Shown one piece after another: positions 1 to 12,336 of a DNA stretch of 64,000 nt. Every line of letters begins with the position of its first letter. Position 1 is the stretch's first letter. Where the stretch lies: contig BDGG01000004.1 in the NCBI GenBank assembly GCA_001949185.1, positions 645,620 to 709,619 on the forward strand, written 5' to 3'. Under the pieces are notes generated by a model. It was not told where the DNA came from, searched no databases, and worked only from the letters and a program-made list of their open reading frames with translations. Source of the stretch: Ramazzottius varieornatus (lineage: Eukaryota; Animalia; Tardigrada). Position numbers and translations under genes: made by a program.

Positions 1-1533
1 ATATCCAGTTCGAAACCTTCCTGAAATACCCCTTGTACATCCGGAAGCAAAGAACGTCCAGTGACTGAATCTGGCCCGTGACTTTAGGTGGTATAGTGAT
101 CATTTCGTATTCCAATTCCTCCGGTTTGACCTCATCCACGGCTTCTTGGTCAGCAAACGTCGGCCAAGAATCAGCAAGGAATATACAGTGATGATTCATC
201 TGCGGGAAGAAAACCTTCTCGCACCATTCGATGTATAGCTGCTTGGTCATCTTGCCAGACGTGGAAGCAGCGACATAAAGTTTACCAGCTTTGAACATGG
301 ACTTTTTTACAAGCGGTCCGAAGATTCCTTTGGTTCTTGCGGCGTGATGAAGAGAACGGGCAGAAACTTGCGAACACCTGGGGAGACGCACATCATCACC
401 GTGTAGCTGTGAGTCATCGAGTTCTAAGACTGTGTAAGTGCCAGAACGTGCTTTGCACCGACGAAATCCAGAGTTCGACCTGGCCTCATTTCGTACTCAA
501 ACCCACTTTGGTCAGCATTCCACAGACAGTCTTCCCCGTACGCCAGGATTCTTTCTCTGACCATAGCAACGCACTCTTCGGCGCGCTTCTTCCTATCCGG
601 CTCTTCCTTGAGATACTTTTCGATAACGAACTTTGTAATCTTCCTGTCACAAATGTTGTAGTACCTATAAACGAGCGACAAGGTTAGGAACGACGAACAC
701 CTGAATTGGTCTGTAAATGGTCAAGGTCTTACATGAATCTTACTTTTTGAACTTTCCGACCCAATGGGGAGAACCTGTGAAACCGGAAAGACAAATCTTA
801 CGGTTCGCTGTAACTGCCCATTGCTGGATATCCAAATCCTTCACTACATTAGGCTTTTGCTTAGCCATGAAAAACTTCTCTCCTGTTTCCAGTCGTATCG
901 CCTTCAGCTTATCGATCCGCGAGCCTCCTTCTTCAACGTGACGTCCCCATTCTCTCAGCTGGCCTGTACTGGTGACTTTTCTGAACAGCTTCTGCACACT
1001 GGAAAGGCTACGACGTTACTTGGAAGAGACATTAATCCAGTAAGCGACAGCACGTTTCTTGTAGGCTAAATCAGCTGCCTAGGTTAATGTCACTTTGTGA
1101 TTCGGGATTCGGGGTACAAAAAGCTCATGAGAAGATGGTTCTGTTCCACCTGAAGCAGGTTCGGTAAGGCGATCATTCGGAATGGATTCGAAGTCTGCTT
1201 CGCTATGTCCATGGAGTAGGTTGGTTTCAGCCATTGACTTTTCCAGCTCATCGAACGTTAGCACGCCAACGGGTAGCTCGTACGCGAGATCTTCTTCGAT
1301 GGCCGATATCGGACTTCCCGCTAGGTCGATCTGGACGTCTAAGAAATCTGGAAGCTCAAGGTCAAGCCTGAGACATGCTTATAAATTGCGATGTAAGGGT
1401 GAAAGTTTACCTTACCCTTGATGATTGTCTTTAACATCCTGTCAAATTCGCTCGGCGAGTCGCTAAGTTGGAAATGTTGCTCGTAGTCCGACTGCAGTAG
1501 TTTCAAGATGTTGAGGGGATTAACTGAATCCAT
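1..1533 (-). mobile_element. Degenerate pogo/Tigger-like (Tc1/mariner superfamily) DDE transposase remnant, running off the left edge
   Basis: Fragmented minus-strand ORFs: CLWNADQSGFEY (pogo-type first Asp motif, NxDETG-like) at 424-681 and CENP-B-like HTH (DIQQWA...FTGSPHWVGKFKK) at 740-997; several frameshifts/stops. Confidence 0.75.
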
Positions 1534-2631
1534 GGGGCTATCAGAAGGAGAAGAAGAGAAGAAAGAAATTCTTAAAACAGAAGTGATGAGGTTGCATACT
1601 AAAGCACGATGTAGCTCTGTCAATCAGTAACGAATCAACAACGTGGGAATCAAACCGCTTGATTGACTAAATATGTACCGCCCAGATTTTGACGTCACTT
1701 CCGGTTCCTGTATAGGCTTCCAGAATTTCATTCGGCAGTCTACGCCAGTTTCAGATGATGGAGCAGACTCTTCTCTACCATTCTGTTATACCAGAATATT
1801 TCGGGAAGGCGGAGGACAGGCATAATCCCCTCGTGAACATTGCGAGCATGTACCGTATCAGTGGGAGCGATCGAAGGATCTGATTCGAGCTCTCTTACGT
1901 TACCCCACACAGGCATCAGGCGTGCTGATACGTCTCATTTTTCAAGAGCAGTCAAAAACTAAGCCAGAAAAGTCCGCCTACACCGTACAGGCTGAAGCAC
2001 ATGACGATATTCGCGATAGCCCATAGGTGGGAGCCCCACTGATGATGGGCGTTGCTTTTTACATCACATTACATTTTCCATTACAGTTACAGTTTGACAC
2101 GACATTACCACCGGGAAGTTGTAATGTGAATGTAAAATTTAATTACAACTGTTACACGCCAAAAATCCGCGGCACTGACTATTACGCCGCTCGAAATCTG
2201 AAATCCGGCCGACTTACGTGGAAACATTCCAGAAACTTCGTCACTATGGTCACTTTGTAAGTCTGTGTTATTTTGCACCCCGTGATTTTATCTATTTCTG
2301 GAAGATGATTACTGAATATTTTATATTTATATATGTTATGGAAACGCATGCGTAGCTCGTTTGTCGTCTTCGTTGCTCCATACCACTTTTATATATTGCA
2401 GACTACTCGGTTTGTAAAATGTAAACTGGTGTTAATTGTAATTACACTTTTAACTTACAATTACATCATTTTATATGACAATTTACATTACACGGACCAT
2501 TTGCGTGCAATGCTCATCATTAAGCCACACAGACAGCAGGGCACAGCAAGGGCACAGCAACCTGTTACACCAGCGCTCAACTACCAGTGGCTTGTGGCCT
2601 ACTCAGCAAGACCGATGGTCAACTATTGGTT

Positions 2632-2800
2632 CAGTGTACGCAAAAACTAACCGTCGATAATGGGCGTGACAATTAAACTGAAGCTTCGTTATGCGGCGAC
2701 CAATACCAACGTTACTCTGGTCTACACGCAAATTTCATTGGCCACTATAATTTGGCTCCATCCAACTCCCTTTTTCGACGGTTAATTTTTGCGTACACCG
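2632..2800. mobile_element. Tc1-like MITE (CAGTG termini), family copy 1
   Basis: Ends CAGTGTACGCAAAAACTAACCGTCG / CGACGGTTAATTTTTGCGTACACCG followed by TA; same family at 38228-38392, partial copies at ~23935-24015 and ~27665-27703. Confidence 0.65.
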
Positions 2801-3347
2801 TATTTAACCTAGTAACGGTAGCAAGACCATGGCCATGGTCTACCTGCGTACCCAGTTTGTTGTACTACTGCTCATGGCAAGCCGTTTGATGCTCGGCACC
2901 GTGACAAAGCGTCTCCGACCTAGAGGGTGCTGCCGCACCCGCGTCCCAATCATTTTCGGCCGTTGCATAGTCCTGACCGCCGCATGAGATCTGCCTCTGA
3001 GGAGGTCTCGGACTTCTCCAGTCAAACCGAAAAGTTTCTCCAGAACTGATCGCATACTCCGTACAAATGATAACTGTCGATAGTGGAAGACAGCGGAGCT
3101 AGACGTGCAGAGGTTGAAGAGATGAGTAGATGATCAAAAAGACCTGGGGCCATTGTTGTCGCACATACGAATGCGTCGCATCGGTCACTGAACCTGTATT
3201 GCCTAAAATCATCGAGATACATCAGTCGTAATTTGGAGAGAGACTTTGTTTGTCAACTGTTTTTAACATTCGAACCGTACTGACCGCCTGCTCTGGCTCT
3301 CTCGGATAGTTGTGTTCATATCTGGGAAGAAAACGTGGTATTGTTCG

Positions 3348-4499
3348 ATGAAACTCATGCCACAATTCGCTCGTCTAAATATTATCATTTTGCTTGTATT
3401 GATGACGATTCTGGTTGTCTACAAAGCTTCGAGATATACGATTGGTGATGAGGAGCCTTTTTATTCAGCCAGGACCGGCAAATTTTCAGCATACGACCAG
3501 GAGTGCAGCAAATTCAACGGCAGTGTTGATAATCCATTCTTCCTGAACTACACTAGTGTCTTACGAGACGTTGCTTATTATTCAACCTCATTGGATAGCA
3601 TTAAACGAGGAACATACCACTTCGCAGTCAACAGTCAGCCAAAGGCCTATCTCGCACGCCGAGCGATTCGGAAGACCTGGAAGAAGGTTCTCGTAGCGTG
3701 TACGGAGAATGGAGAAGCAAGCTGTTCCGGTTCGCTACGTTTTTACATTGGCCAAACGTCCAACGAAGGAACAGCACTGCGACTGAAGAAAGAAATGCAG
3801 AAGTACGACGACATAGTTCTCCTGCAGTTCTGCGATAAATACGAGAACTTGGCCCTGAAAACTTTCCATATTATGAACTATGTTAGTCAACAGATCGAGC
3901 ATCCGTCCAACGAAAGCGCACCAAAGTTCGTAGTCAAGATCGACGACGATGTCCTGCCTGATTTGTCAGCCTTTTTCACCTGTTTTCCGACCTTACAAAA
4001 TGCATCCTTTGGGATTTACGGGTGGGTAACGTTGGGCAGCGCGAGTGTGAGAAAATGGGATAAGTATCGAATTTCTCGCAAGAGGTGGAACCACACGTTG
4101 TTTCCTGCCTTTGCGCACGGGCCGGCATACGCTGCTCAAGTCGGCACACTACCGGTACTGCTGGGGGAAGCGAGAAGAACGGCGGTTCTTAACTTAGAGG
4201 ACGTCTGGTTCACCGGAATCGTGGCGGAGAAGGCCGGTGTGAAACGAATGCGAATCAACAGGTTTTTGAATGTCGGAGAGAGTTTCTTGCAGGTGAAGAC
4301 GGCAGCAAATAGCTCTTTACGTGCTGGATTCTTTCATCACAGTTTTTCATCAAGGATGCTTTTAGTTTTATGGCAAAACATGCGGAATTGCTCTATGTGT
4401 ATTCAAAACTGTGACTTATTTCGTGAACCAGCCATCCAATATTCGCAATCTCATCCTTTGTCCAAATATCTAAAACCGAAGCAAGCACCGCATGAGTGA
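3348..4499 (+). CDS. Beta-1,3-galactosyltransferase-like protein (GT31), intronless type II membrane protein
   Basis: N-terminal TM (IIILLVLMTILVVY), RRAIRKTW, DKYENLALKT, FVVKIDDDV (DxD), FPAFAHGPAY, LEDVWFTG motifs typical of GT31. First ATG at 3348. Confidence 0.9.
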   Translation: MKLMPQFARLNIIILLVLMTILVVYKASRYTIGDEEPFYSARTGKFSAYDQECSKFNGSVDNPFFLNYTSVLRDVAYYSTSLDSIKRGTYHFAVNSQPKAYLARRAIRKTWKKVLVACTENGEASCSGSLRFYIGQTSNEGTALRLKKEMQKYDDIVLLQFCDKYENLALKTFHIMNYVSQQIEHPSNESAPKFVVKIDDDVLPDLSAFFTCFPTLQNASFGIYGWVTLGSASVRKWDKYRISRKRWNHTLFPAFAHGPAYAAQVGTLPVLLGEARRTAVLNLEDVWFTGIVAEKAGVKRMRINRFLNVGESFLQVKTAANSSLRAGFFHHSFSSRMLLVLWQNMRNCSMCIQNCDLFREPAIQYSQSHPLSKYLKPKQAPHE

Positions 4500-5259
4500 T
4501 ATCGGTGTGATAGCAGCGGCATTTTTCTCTAGTCTTGTACAGTTGCACACCATACCGTAAATTAGGCTGAAGAATACAGCATTGTAATCGTGCGACCTTT
4601 GATTTAGATGTCTGTTGTACAACGTGAACACGAAGTAAAGACTTGGGAAGCATACGCTGTCCGATGAACCAATTATCTTACCATGAAGAAACAGATCCAT
4701 GTAGAACAAGTTATAGAGTGAGCACATTTGAACAACTGAGTTTCTAGTCAGCAAACCCATGGTGGTGCGGGTTACTCAAGCACCAAGTCTTGATCAAATT
4801 TAACTGTTGCACCCGGTGACACCGGAGCCGCTTACTGTTTGCTGTCATATCCTCGGAGCTCAAGGCAGAGTCAAACTTGACACCTCTCCCGAAAATTTTC
4901 GGACCTTATGGTATTTACGAATTTCAGAAACCGGCAGCGTTGCCCTATACCGTCATCGACGTGTAAGTTGCTGTGTAGCCCTTACTTAAGCGGTGCATTT
5001 TCAGTATATTAATGAACCTAACGTGATAAGCAGAAATAAAGGTATAGTATTATTTGGGCAGTTTGGGATCGTCTGAACGCATCGATGGGTGTCGTCGATG
5101 CAACAAGAGGTGGCTCACAGTCTGTGTGTGAGACCGAGGCGGAAGTGACGGCTTGGCGCATCAGCCTTCCACCTGTTCTTCTGAGCTGCAACGGTCCCGT
5201 TAGCGGGCTCAGAGACCCCAAACAGAAATAGATCACCCAATACTGTGATACGCGTAAAG

Positions 5260-6660
5260 ACCCATGGTGTGTTTCTTGTTTCGAATGTAGCCGTTGTAGC
5301 AGCTGCTCTTCCAGCGACCGGCTTGCTGTATCTCTTCGGGTCCACGACCTTGATTGGAGGCTTCTGTGGCCGCGCCAATGCGGAAATAGTGCGTCGAGTA
5401 GCGGTCGAGATGGGCAACTCCATGGAGGAGATTCTGAGACTTGAGATGTGAAACGAAAATTCTTCTGGACAAGGGGAGTTGTCGTGGAGAACGAAGAAAG
5501 CTTCATTGTGTGTGACCGGCAGGGGGCGCAGCTCCAGATAAGGTTGAGCTGCATCCACAGGACAGACTGATCGTCCGGTGGCGGGTAACTTCATGGAGCT
5601 TCCTGCTTTGTGCTGATCGGTCTTCGACGATCGAAGGCGGAGCTTGACAGAGTCGTGCGCGATTACGACATCTCTGTGTTGTAAGGTGTGTGTGTGGCGT
5701 TCCTTCCCGTCGTGGTGATCTCGCTGGCTCGTAAGAAACCGGCGTAAGCCATCATACAGGCAGACCAGAAGAGGTCCTTTCCGGGCGGAGATAGGGTAGG
5801 GAAGGGGGGTTCTTGATCTTGCGATGGATGTGACGGAGGATGGGAAGCGTGATGGGAAGCGTGATGGGAAGCCTTCTATCGTTTGGTGGTGGATGAAGGC
5901 TCTTGAAGCCGAGAAGTGACCGCTGGATCGCGGTATGCTTCAGGAGGCTCGGATGTCCTTCTTCGACGATATAGTTATCTATTCCACTCAGGTAAACCTT
6001 CGCTGTGGAGAACGAAAGAAGTTCAGCATGTAGGTAGCCGAGGTATTGTAGAAGGACGTCTGGTGTGAAGCGGAGGCCGTTCAGCGCATGACTTTGACAG
6101 AAGAGTATATACTGCCGAACACCGGTGCTATAGGTATTCCTCGTGCTCCCACTGATATGATGATGGAGGAGGTCATCAACCTCACGCCGGTACTTCATGG
6201 GTACAAGCGGTCGTAGGTCTCCTACAGTTCGGCCAGGATATTTGGAAGAGGAACTGGTTCGATTTCGGCATCGGGAACCAGCTGACGGAGCTGTTCTGAA
6301 AGCGGGATAAAGAATCAGCAATACGGAGCTGTTCTGAAAGCGGGATAAAGAATCAGCAATACTGTTGTCGACACCGCTGATGTTCTTGAGCGTGAAGGTG
6401 AAATTGTTTTCTGCAGCGATGGTAGACATGCGGCGCATCAGGTCGAACACAGCGCTGTTACTAGACCCGAGGTTCTCCCATGCCTAAACCGCGCCAAGGT
6501 TATCACAATGGAAGATAAGCCGTTTAAGTCGGAACCACTTCCCCCAAACAAGTAATGCCAGTAAGATACCATCTCCAAGTACTGTAATTTATGTACGGCG
6601 TTTTCTGAAGCACCCAGTCAGGCCATTTAGACTGGAGCCACTGGACACGAAAGAAAGTTC
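5260..6660 (-). mobile_element. Degenerate DIRS/Ngaro-type tyrosine-recombinase retrotransposon fragment (RNase H + YR)
   Basis: RNase H: FHCDNLGAV and ISGVDNSIADSLSR. YR: STRNTYSTG, LRSSKTDQ, CPVDA, HYFRIGAAT, IQQAGRWKSSCYNGYIR. Frameshifts and small tandem duplications (37 bp at ~6288-6362; GATGGGAAGCGT repeats). No RT seen. Confidence 0.85.
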
Positions 6661-7479
6661 GCGCGATGCAAAGAGCGAAACTAAAAGTTATTCCTCGGGA
6701 ACATCTTCTCGAGAGGACTTTCAGAGATAGAACATGTAGTTCATACAGCCATGTTATACGGGAAAGCCCACAGCCGGACATGGCGAATAGTCAGGACAGA
6801 AATGCCATTAAGGGAACCTACGAGGAAGAACACTGTACATAAGGGCGGAAGCCCGTATGTATTGACCAGCCTACGCCATGTCCGCCCATGAGCTTGAACG
6901 TGAGGAAAGGCTTATCGACTACCACATTAACAATTATTGTCATCAACAATAATTTCCATTTTGGTAGGTGATGTCACGCTGGGATTGATCTTGCAAAAGC
7001 TGTTCACCAGAAAGAACGAAAATCTCGTGAAATTTTCGCAAACGTTCGAGGTATACACTGTACATGCGTTTTGTTTGTTTTGAGTAGCGCACTGATTCGT
7101 ACCCACAGCGTCATACTGTATTCCCCCGAAATCTTCGCGAACCCCGTTACTCGTGGCGTCACCTACAGGACGTACGTCGTCCATACATACGTGCCAATCG
7201 CCCGTACGTCATGTACCTTTCGTAGAGGGCGTCATGAGTATCAGGCTTCGCGGAGATATCGGGGGCATACAGTGGCACTATTAATGAGGGATCGTTCATA
7301 CATGTCACATGTCACTCGCCGATCAGGCTAGCTGATTTCGCATCATAACTGAGAACCTCAGCTCTCTACAAAGTATCGGGAAGAAAGGCAAATGATCACT
7401 TTCTGGAGCTAGAGAAAACCCGGAAGGTGCGTCGTCCACCGTAGATTCAGTGTTATAGCTTGTGTAGCGTTACACAAGA

Positions 7480-10000
7480 CAACCCAAAAACTGCTCGGTT
7501 ATTCGAGAGACTCTAGATTTCACGTTTGGAAAGCCCAAAGTGAATTTCTGAATCTCGTACCAGTGAGGAATGGCCAAACTCGTGCTCGAAGTATTTTCGT
7601 AGTTCCTAACGAACGCTGTTACATACACTACACCACGATGCGCATAAATTAAACATGACGAACATATTTTTCCCCGAAAAGTTCGCCTTTCCCTGGTAGC
7701 AGCCCGTATGAGGTTCAAAGCTTTATCTTACACCTTTCACACGTAAAACCTAGAGTTTTCATAAATAACCGACCGGTTTGTTGGATGGTCTTGTGTACTG
7801 CGATGCTGGCCATAACTCTGGTTCTACGGTGGACGGAGCGCCTTGGAGATTTTCTCTAGCTCCAGGAAGTGGTTCTTTGCCTTTTCTTCCCGATACTTCT
7901 CAGAGAGCCAAGAGTCTTAGCTATCACAAAAAAGCATTGGTATCGTGGTCGACGAGTGGCATGGCCTGAATGATCCCTCGTCAAAGAAGACCGCTTAATT
8001 ACTACCGATAACTCAATGTTTTACTAGGATCACTCGGATGCGTATGACTGCAAGTACATTATAATGGAATACTGCAATGGTGGAGATTACAATCGCTATC
8101 TGAGCGGTGAGATTTATAGCGAAAGTTTTCTCTGCAGGTCGGTTTCGATTGACCATGCTGAACTTTAGAGCTGGTGTTTACACCGGCTTTGTTGTACAGA
8201 AGTAATGACAGTTCCAGAAAAAGCTATACGACACTTTTTCCAACAACTGGGCAACTGTTTGCAAGTACTTCACTCCGAGGGGATTTATCATAGAGATTTA
8301 ATGCCCGCAAACATATTCCTTCATAGTCTTGCTGTACAATCTATGATAACACGTGATACAGATTACCGGGATACTGTGCTCAAATTAGGGGATTTCGGTT
8401 TCTCTAAAGAACTCATAACAGGACACTGGTCCATCACAATGCGCGGCACTTTAACATTTTTGGCTCCCGAAGTACTTGATAACAAGAAGATATGGGACGC
8501 ATCAACCAAGCCATACGGTAATGCTGACTTGTGGAGTACAGTAATGCTTGGGGCTTGTTCTCTTTGCAAGCCTGTGTGGAAAGAAAGAAACTAACGAGAT
8601 GGTTCCTTCAGAAGATTTCACTACCGGGATCTTTGGAAGCGAGCAGATGCAGCTTTTGCACAACATGCATGCTCAAATAGAACAACGAGCCGCTTCTTTG
8701 TCACCCAACACAGGCTCAGAGGACCTGAGGAACTTTCTGCGTGGTCTGCTACAGCGAGATTTTACAAAACGCATGACGTTTCCTGCCTTTCGAGCTCATC
8801 AGTTTTTGACCTCCACCGTTCCCGATTTTGGCAAAGAACCGGACCAGTTACCGAGCGGTCAAGGTAAAACTGGCAGTCTACCCAGAAGAAACACCGGTAA
8901 ATATTATAGCTTGGCGAACTTTACATTCTTATCACAGTCTGTCCCAGCAAAGTTGTCGGTGTTTTCGAAATAGTGTTATCTCTTTCGGACCTCTGAACCC
9001 AACTTCCTACTTACTTTGAAACGATGTGGCATTCAATTTTAACCTTTAGAAACTCCGTTGACTGCGCCAAAACCTCGCGCAGCGACTTTCAGGTCGGAGG
9101 TACAAAGTAACACTTGGCGAAATCACTGGTCTGACCCGTTCTCAGCACCTACCCCGCATACAGGATGATCCCTGTAAGTTAGGCGGATTTTTAGTTGAAT
9201 AAAAAATCAGCAATGTTTTTACTTCATCGAAAATTCGTTCCCAGATACGCCTATCAAAACCGTTCTATGAAAAATCGTGTCGTGCTCCTGAAGGAGCACG
9301 GCGCTGAAAACCTGAACTAAGTGGAAATCAAGGAGTCTTCATGAAACCAACATTTTTATTCTAAAATCTTCCGCCTAAAATGTTTCGTGAAATTAATCTA
9401 AAAATGTTCCGCCCGCGAGCAAACCAGCCGGAAGTGCTCTGTGAAGAGTTCCAACGTAAGACCTCTCAAATTTTGGGAATTGGACGACGAGGTCAGAAGA
9501 TATGGTGAAAAGAGCAAAGACCACGGGGTGGCCATGACCAATGACAGCAACTGTACGTTGCTTTTGTTGCCACAGAAAATTCTGGAAACCCTGATGAGCA
9601 AAAGATCCCCGCACGGGCACTGTCTAAGTATCGGCATTCGTACTATGATTACCAGACCGTCGTCCGAATTTACAGTGGTGCAAGAAAGAACGAGTCGAAA
9701 ATTCCGGATAGATGGGATGCATTTGGTCACACGGAAACTTACAAAGTGAGACAGGCTTTTCGTCAGTGGGTAAAGGTTTTCCACGGAACCATTCTTTGCG
9801 AGGGAGCTGGTGAGTGGACGAAAGAAAACTCAAAGGAACCACGTGAAGCCTTCCTCGAACCATTTCAACGATACCTGGCCCACCTGTGCAAATACGACAT
9901 GGTGGACAAAGAACATATGGCCAAAGCTCTGCTTGAACAGCATGACCTTAGCCAGTCAGAGAAGGACAATATCCTCGGCACAATTACCAACTACACTTAG
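7480..10000 (+). pseudogene. ULK/Atg1-like Ser/Thr kinase, probably pseudogenised, with unassigned C-terminal region
   Basis: Exon ~8029-8107 YIIMEYCNGGDYNRYL; exon from ~8200 IRHFFQQL...YHRDLMPANIFL...LKLGDFGFSK...GTLTFLAPEV. Frameshift near 8545 (ADLWST to LGLVLF), HRDLK Lys replaced by Met, degenerate N-lobe, another frame switch near 9747. 5' boundary approximate. Confidence 0.7.
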
Positions 10001-10213
10001 CTCTCAGTTTCCAACTGTGAATTTCCCGAGAGAGATTCGAGTGCTGCATGTCAGGTTTTTACGAACATGCTTTCAAAATCAAATTTGAACGTGACAACAA
10101 TTATGCGGTATAATTAAAGTGGCTGTACGATTTCGTTGCAGTATAACCATGTCAATGTCATGGTGTTAACACTTGGCTTTTAGGTTTAATACTTCGAGCC
10201 GTTCGAGGTACAG

Positions 10214-12336
10214 CTACTCTTCGTCGTTATCCTCATCGTCTTGGTCATTCGTGATGGGTTCGTTGCCACTTGAACGAGGGCGTTTCATGCCATTTTGCTG
10301 CATTGCATGGGAACAGATATCTTCTATTTCTCCTGTAAAGTAAAATACAGTACGGCTTATTCGCAGGGTGTTCTTTACTGCAGCTTTCCGAGCTTTCCAG
10401 TATTCAATTCAGACGTTATGGACAAACAAGCCACTGTCGTGCTCGAAGTTTCAACGCGCACCCAACCACATGATTAGTGAATGATGCCCGCCGGGTGATA
10501 TTCGCTGCTGCACTGATAACACTCATAATAGCTGAGCTGACCGCACTGGGCAATGATGACTCATGACGTGGTTTAGTGCACGTTAAACTGGGACACTGCA
10601 ATAATTACCTTCATCCAACTTCAGACATTTGCCCCATTCACTCAACGTCAGCTTGTGATCGTTGTCCGTGTCGCAATCATCCAGAAAAGGCGCTATGCAG
10701 TGCTCCATGGGGATCAAAGGTGCTCGAATGGGCATCAGTTCTTTGCGGGAAACATGTCTAGAAGCGGAAATACCATATCACTGCACGCTGAACTGCGAGG
10801 AAGGCTAAGGTTCTGGCACCTGTCATTGGGACCTTTGTCAAGATCGCAGAATTTCCACAAGATAGGATGGGGCAGAGGTTGTCCCGGTTGGTACTTCTTT
10901 TCAGATCGCTTCTCGTACTTGCGATACTGAGCGGGAAGCTCATTGCGCTCGGCCAGCTCCTTCATGATCTGGAAGAGCCAGTCTCCCATACGGCGCGGAA
11001 AGTCGGCCATCTCGTCTTGCGTACACAAAGCGAGCTCTAGAACAGCAGTGCTTTTGCCAGCCAAGAACACGGTGACCGGCAATAGCATTGAGAGCTTCAT
11101 AGGCAGGGCAGCTCACCTCGGCATCCTCGAAGGTACTCCAGTTGCATATCCTTGTTCGTCGGGTCGGTACAGCCTAGGAGATCACGTTGACACAGGCAGC
11201 GTTGCTGGTACAGATGGCACTCGCTGTCGAACGTCTTATTCGTGCTCGAACAGACCTAAAGCATAATTATAGGAATATCGATATTCCCCTGTGTATTTTT
11301 CTTGGTGTATAAGCGATACTAGTCTTACTTTGATGGGTGAGTCGCTTGGACATTCCTTGATGCAGTTGCACACTGGTTGACCCGCATCATTCAAGCTGCA
11401 TTCTTGTCCTTCTTCACATGGATCATCGGCACAAGGATCTAAAAATACGAAGCAGCTTTTAGACGATACGGTACGCAGAATTTTTTCTAGCCTAGCGTCA
11501 GCTTGCGCTAGGATTTTTCATTTGAGGGTGTAAGAAATTGATACTTGTCTTGGTGTAGGCGGCAGCTGGATCGGTGGAGTCATCGACTTCATCTACTTGG
11601 TCTTCCTCGTCGGGCAGCAGGGGTATCTGCTCTTCTTTCAACTCGATCTCCCCCGTGAGAGGATTCTTCTTGGCTACCACGCGTTCTGCCAACTTTCGGT
11701 TATCCGAGGCAGTGTTGACGCCATTGATGGAAGTTTCGTCCGACTGGCCGGTGGATGGATGGGCCTTCGGTCTCTGTCAACGAACCATTATGTACACCAA
11801 TTAAGTGAGCTGGCAACATTCCCAACACATGGCGCATATTGCTTCCATAAGCAGTGCCAATTTACATGTGTCGAAAATTAAGCTTTCGGAGTATACAGCT
11901 GAGAAACGAGGCGTACGTATTTATATCCCCGCAACTATCATAACATTTAACGACGCAACGGATACGTCGGATGATTGAACGCGGACGCTCTACTTTTTCT
12001 CTGCCGGTAGCTTATTAGAGTATTACAAGGATTCCGCTGTAGGCAGTACTCCCACTATATCATCAGAGCGCTCATCAATCATTGTTTCAGCCATAACCAC
12101 TTAGAAGCCGGAACAAGAAACCTTTTCTCGCCGGAACGGCAGAGCCGAGCTGGATCTTCTCCGAGATTGTCGGTTCCTGTTTGCTAAGGCTGTACAGGAA
12201 AGGCTCAAACGGTGCATAACCAAGCAAATGAATTTCGAAGGTTTTCATTACAGGTAGTATGCAAACTCACCCTAGCAACCACCAGTGAGAGACAAAGGAG
12301 TGCGAGACATATCCAGCTCGTCACAAACCTCATCAT
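10214..12336 (-). CDS. SPARC: SPARC/osteonectin (multi-exon)
   Basis: Signal peptide MMRFVTSWICLALLCLSLVVA, acidic domain, Cys-rich follistatin-like exons, EC domain DFPRRMGDWLFQIMKEL...HPILWKFCDLD...MEHCIAPFLDDCDTDNDHKLTLSEWGKCL, last exon EIEDIC...DEDNDEE stop. Confidence 0.95.

Noticed and set aside
2050-2490. TTACA/TGTAA-rich repeated segments
   Set aside because: Probably a decayed TE, but termini and TSD could not be defined.
3348-4499. Intronless glycosyltransferase as a horizontal-transfer candidate
   Set aside because: GT31 genes are commonly single-exon in animals and this one has eukaryotic type II Golgi topology.
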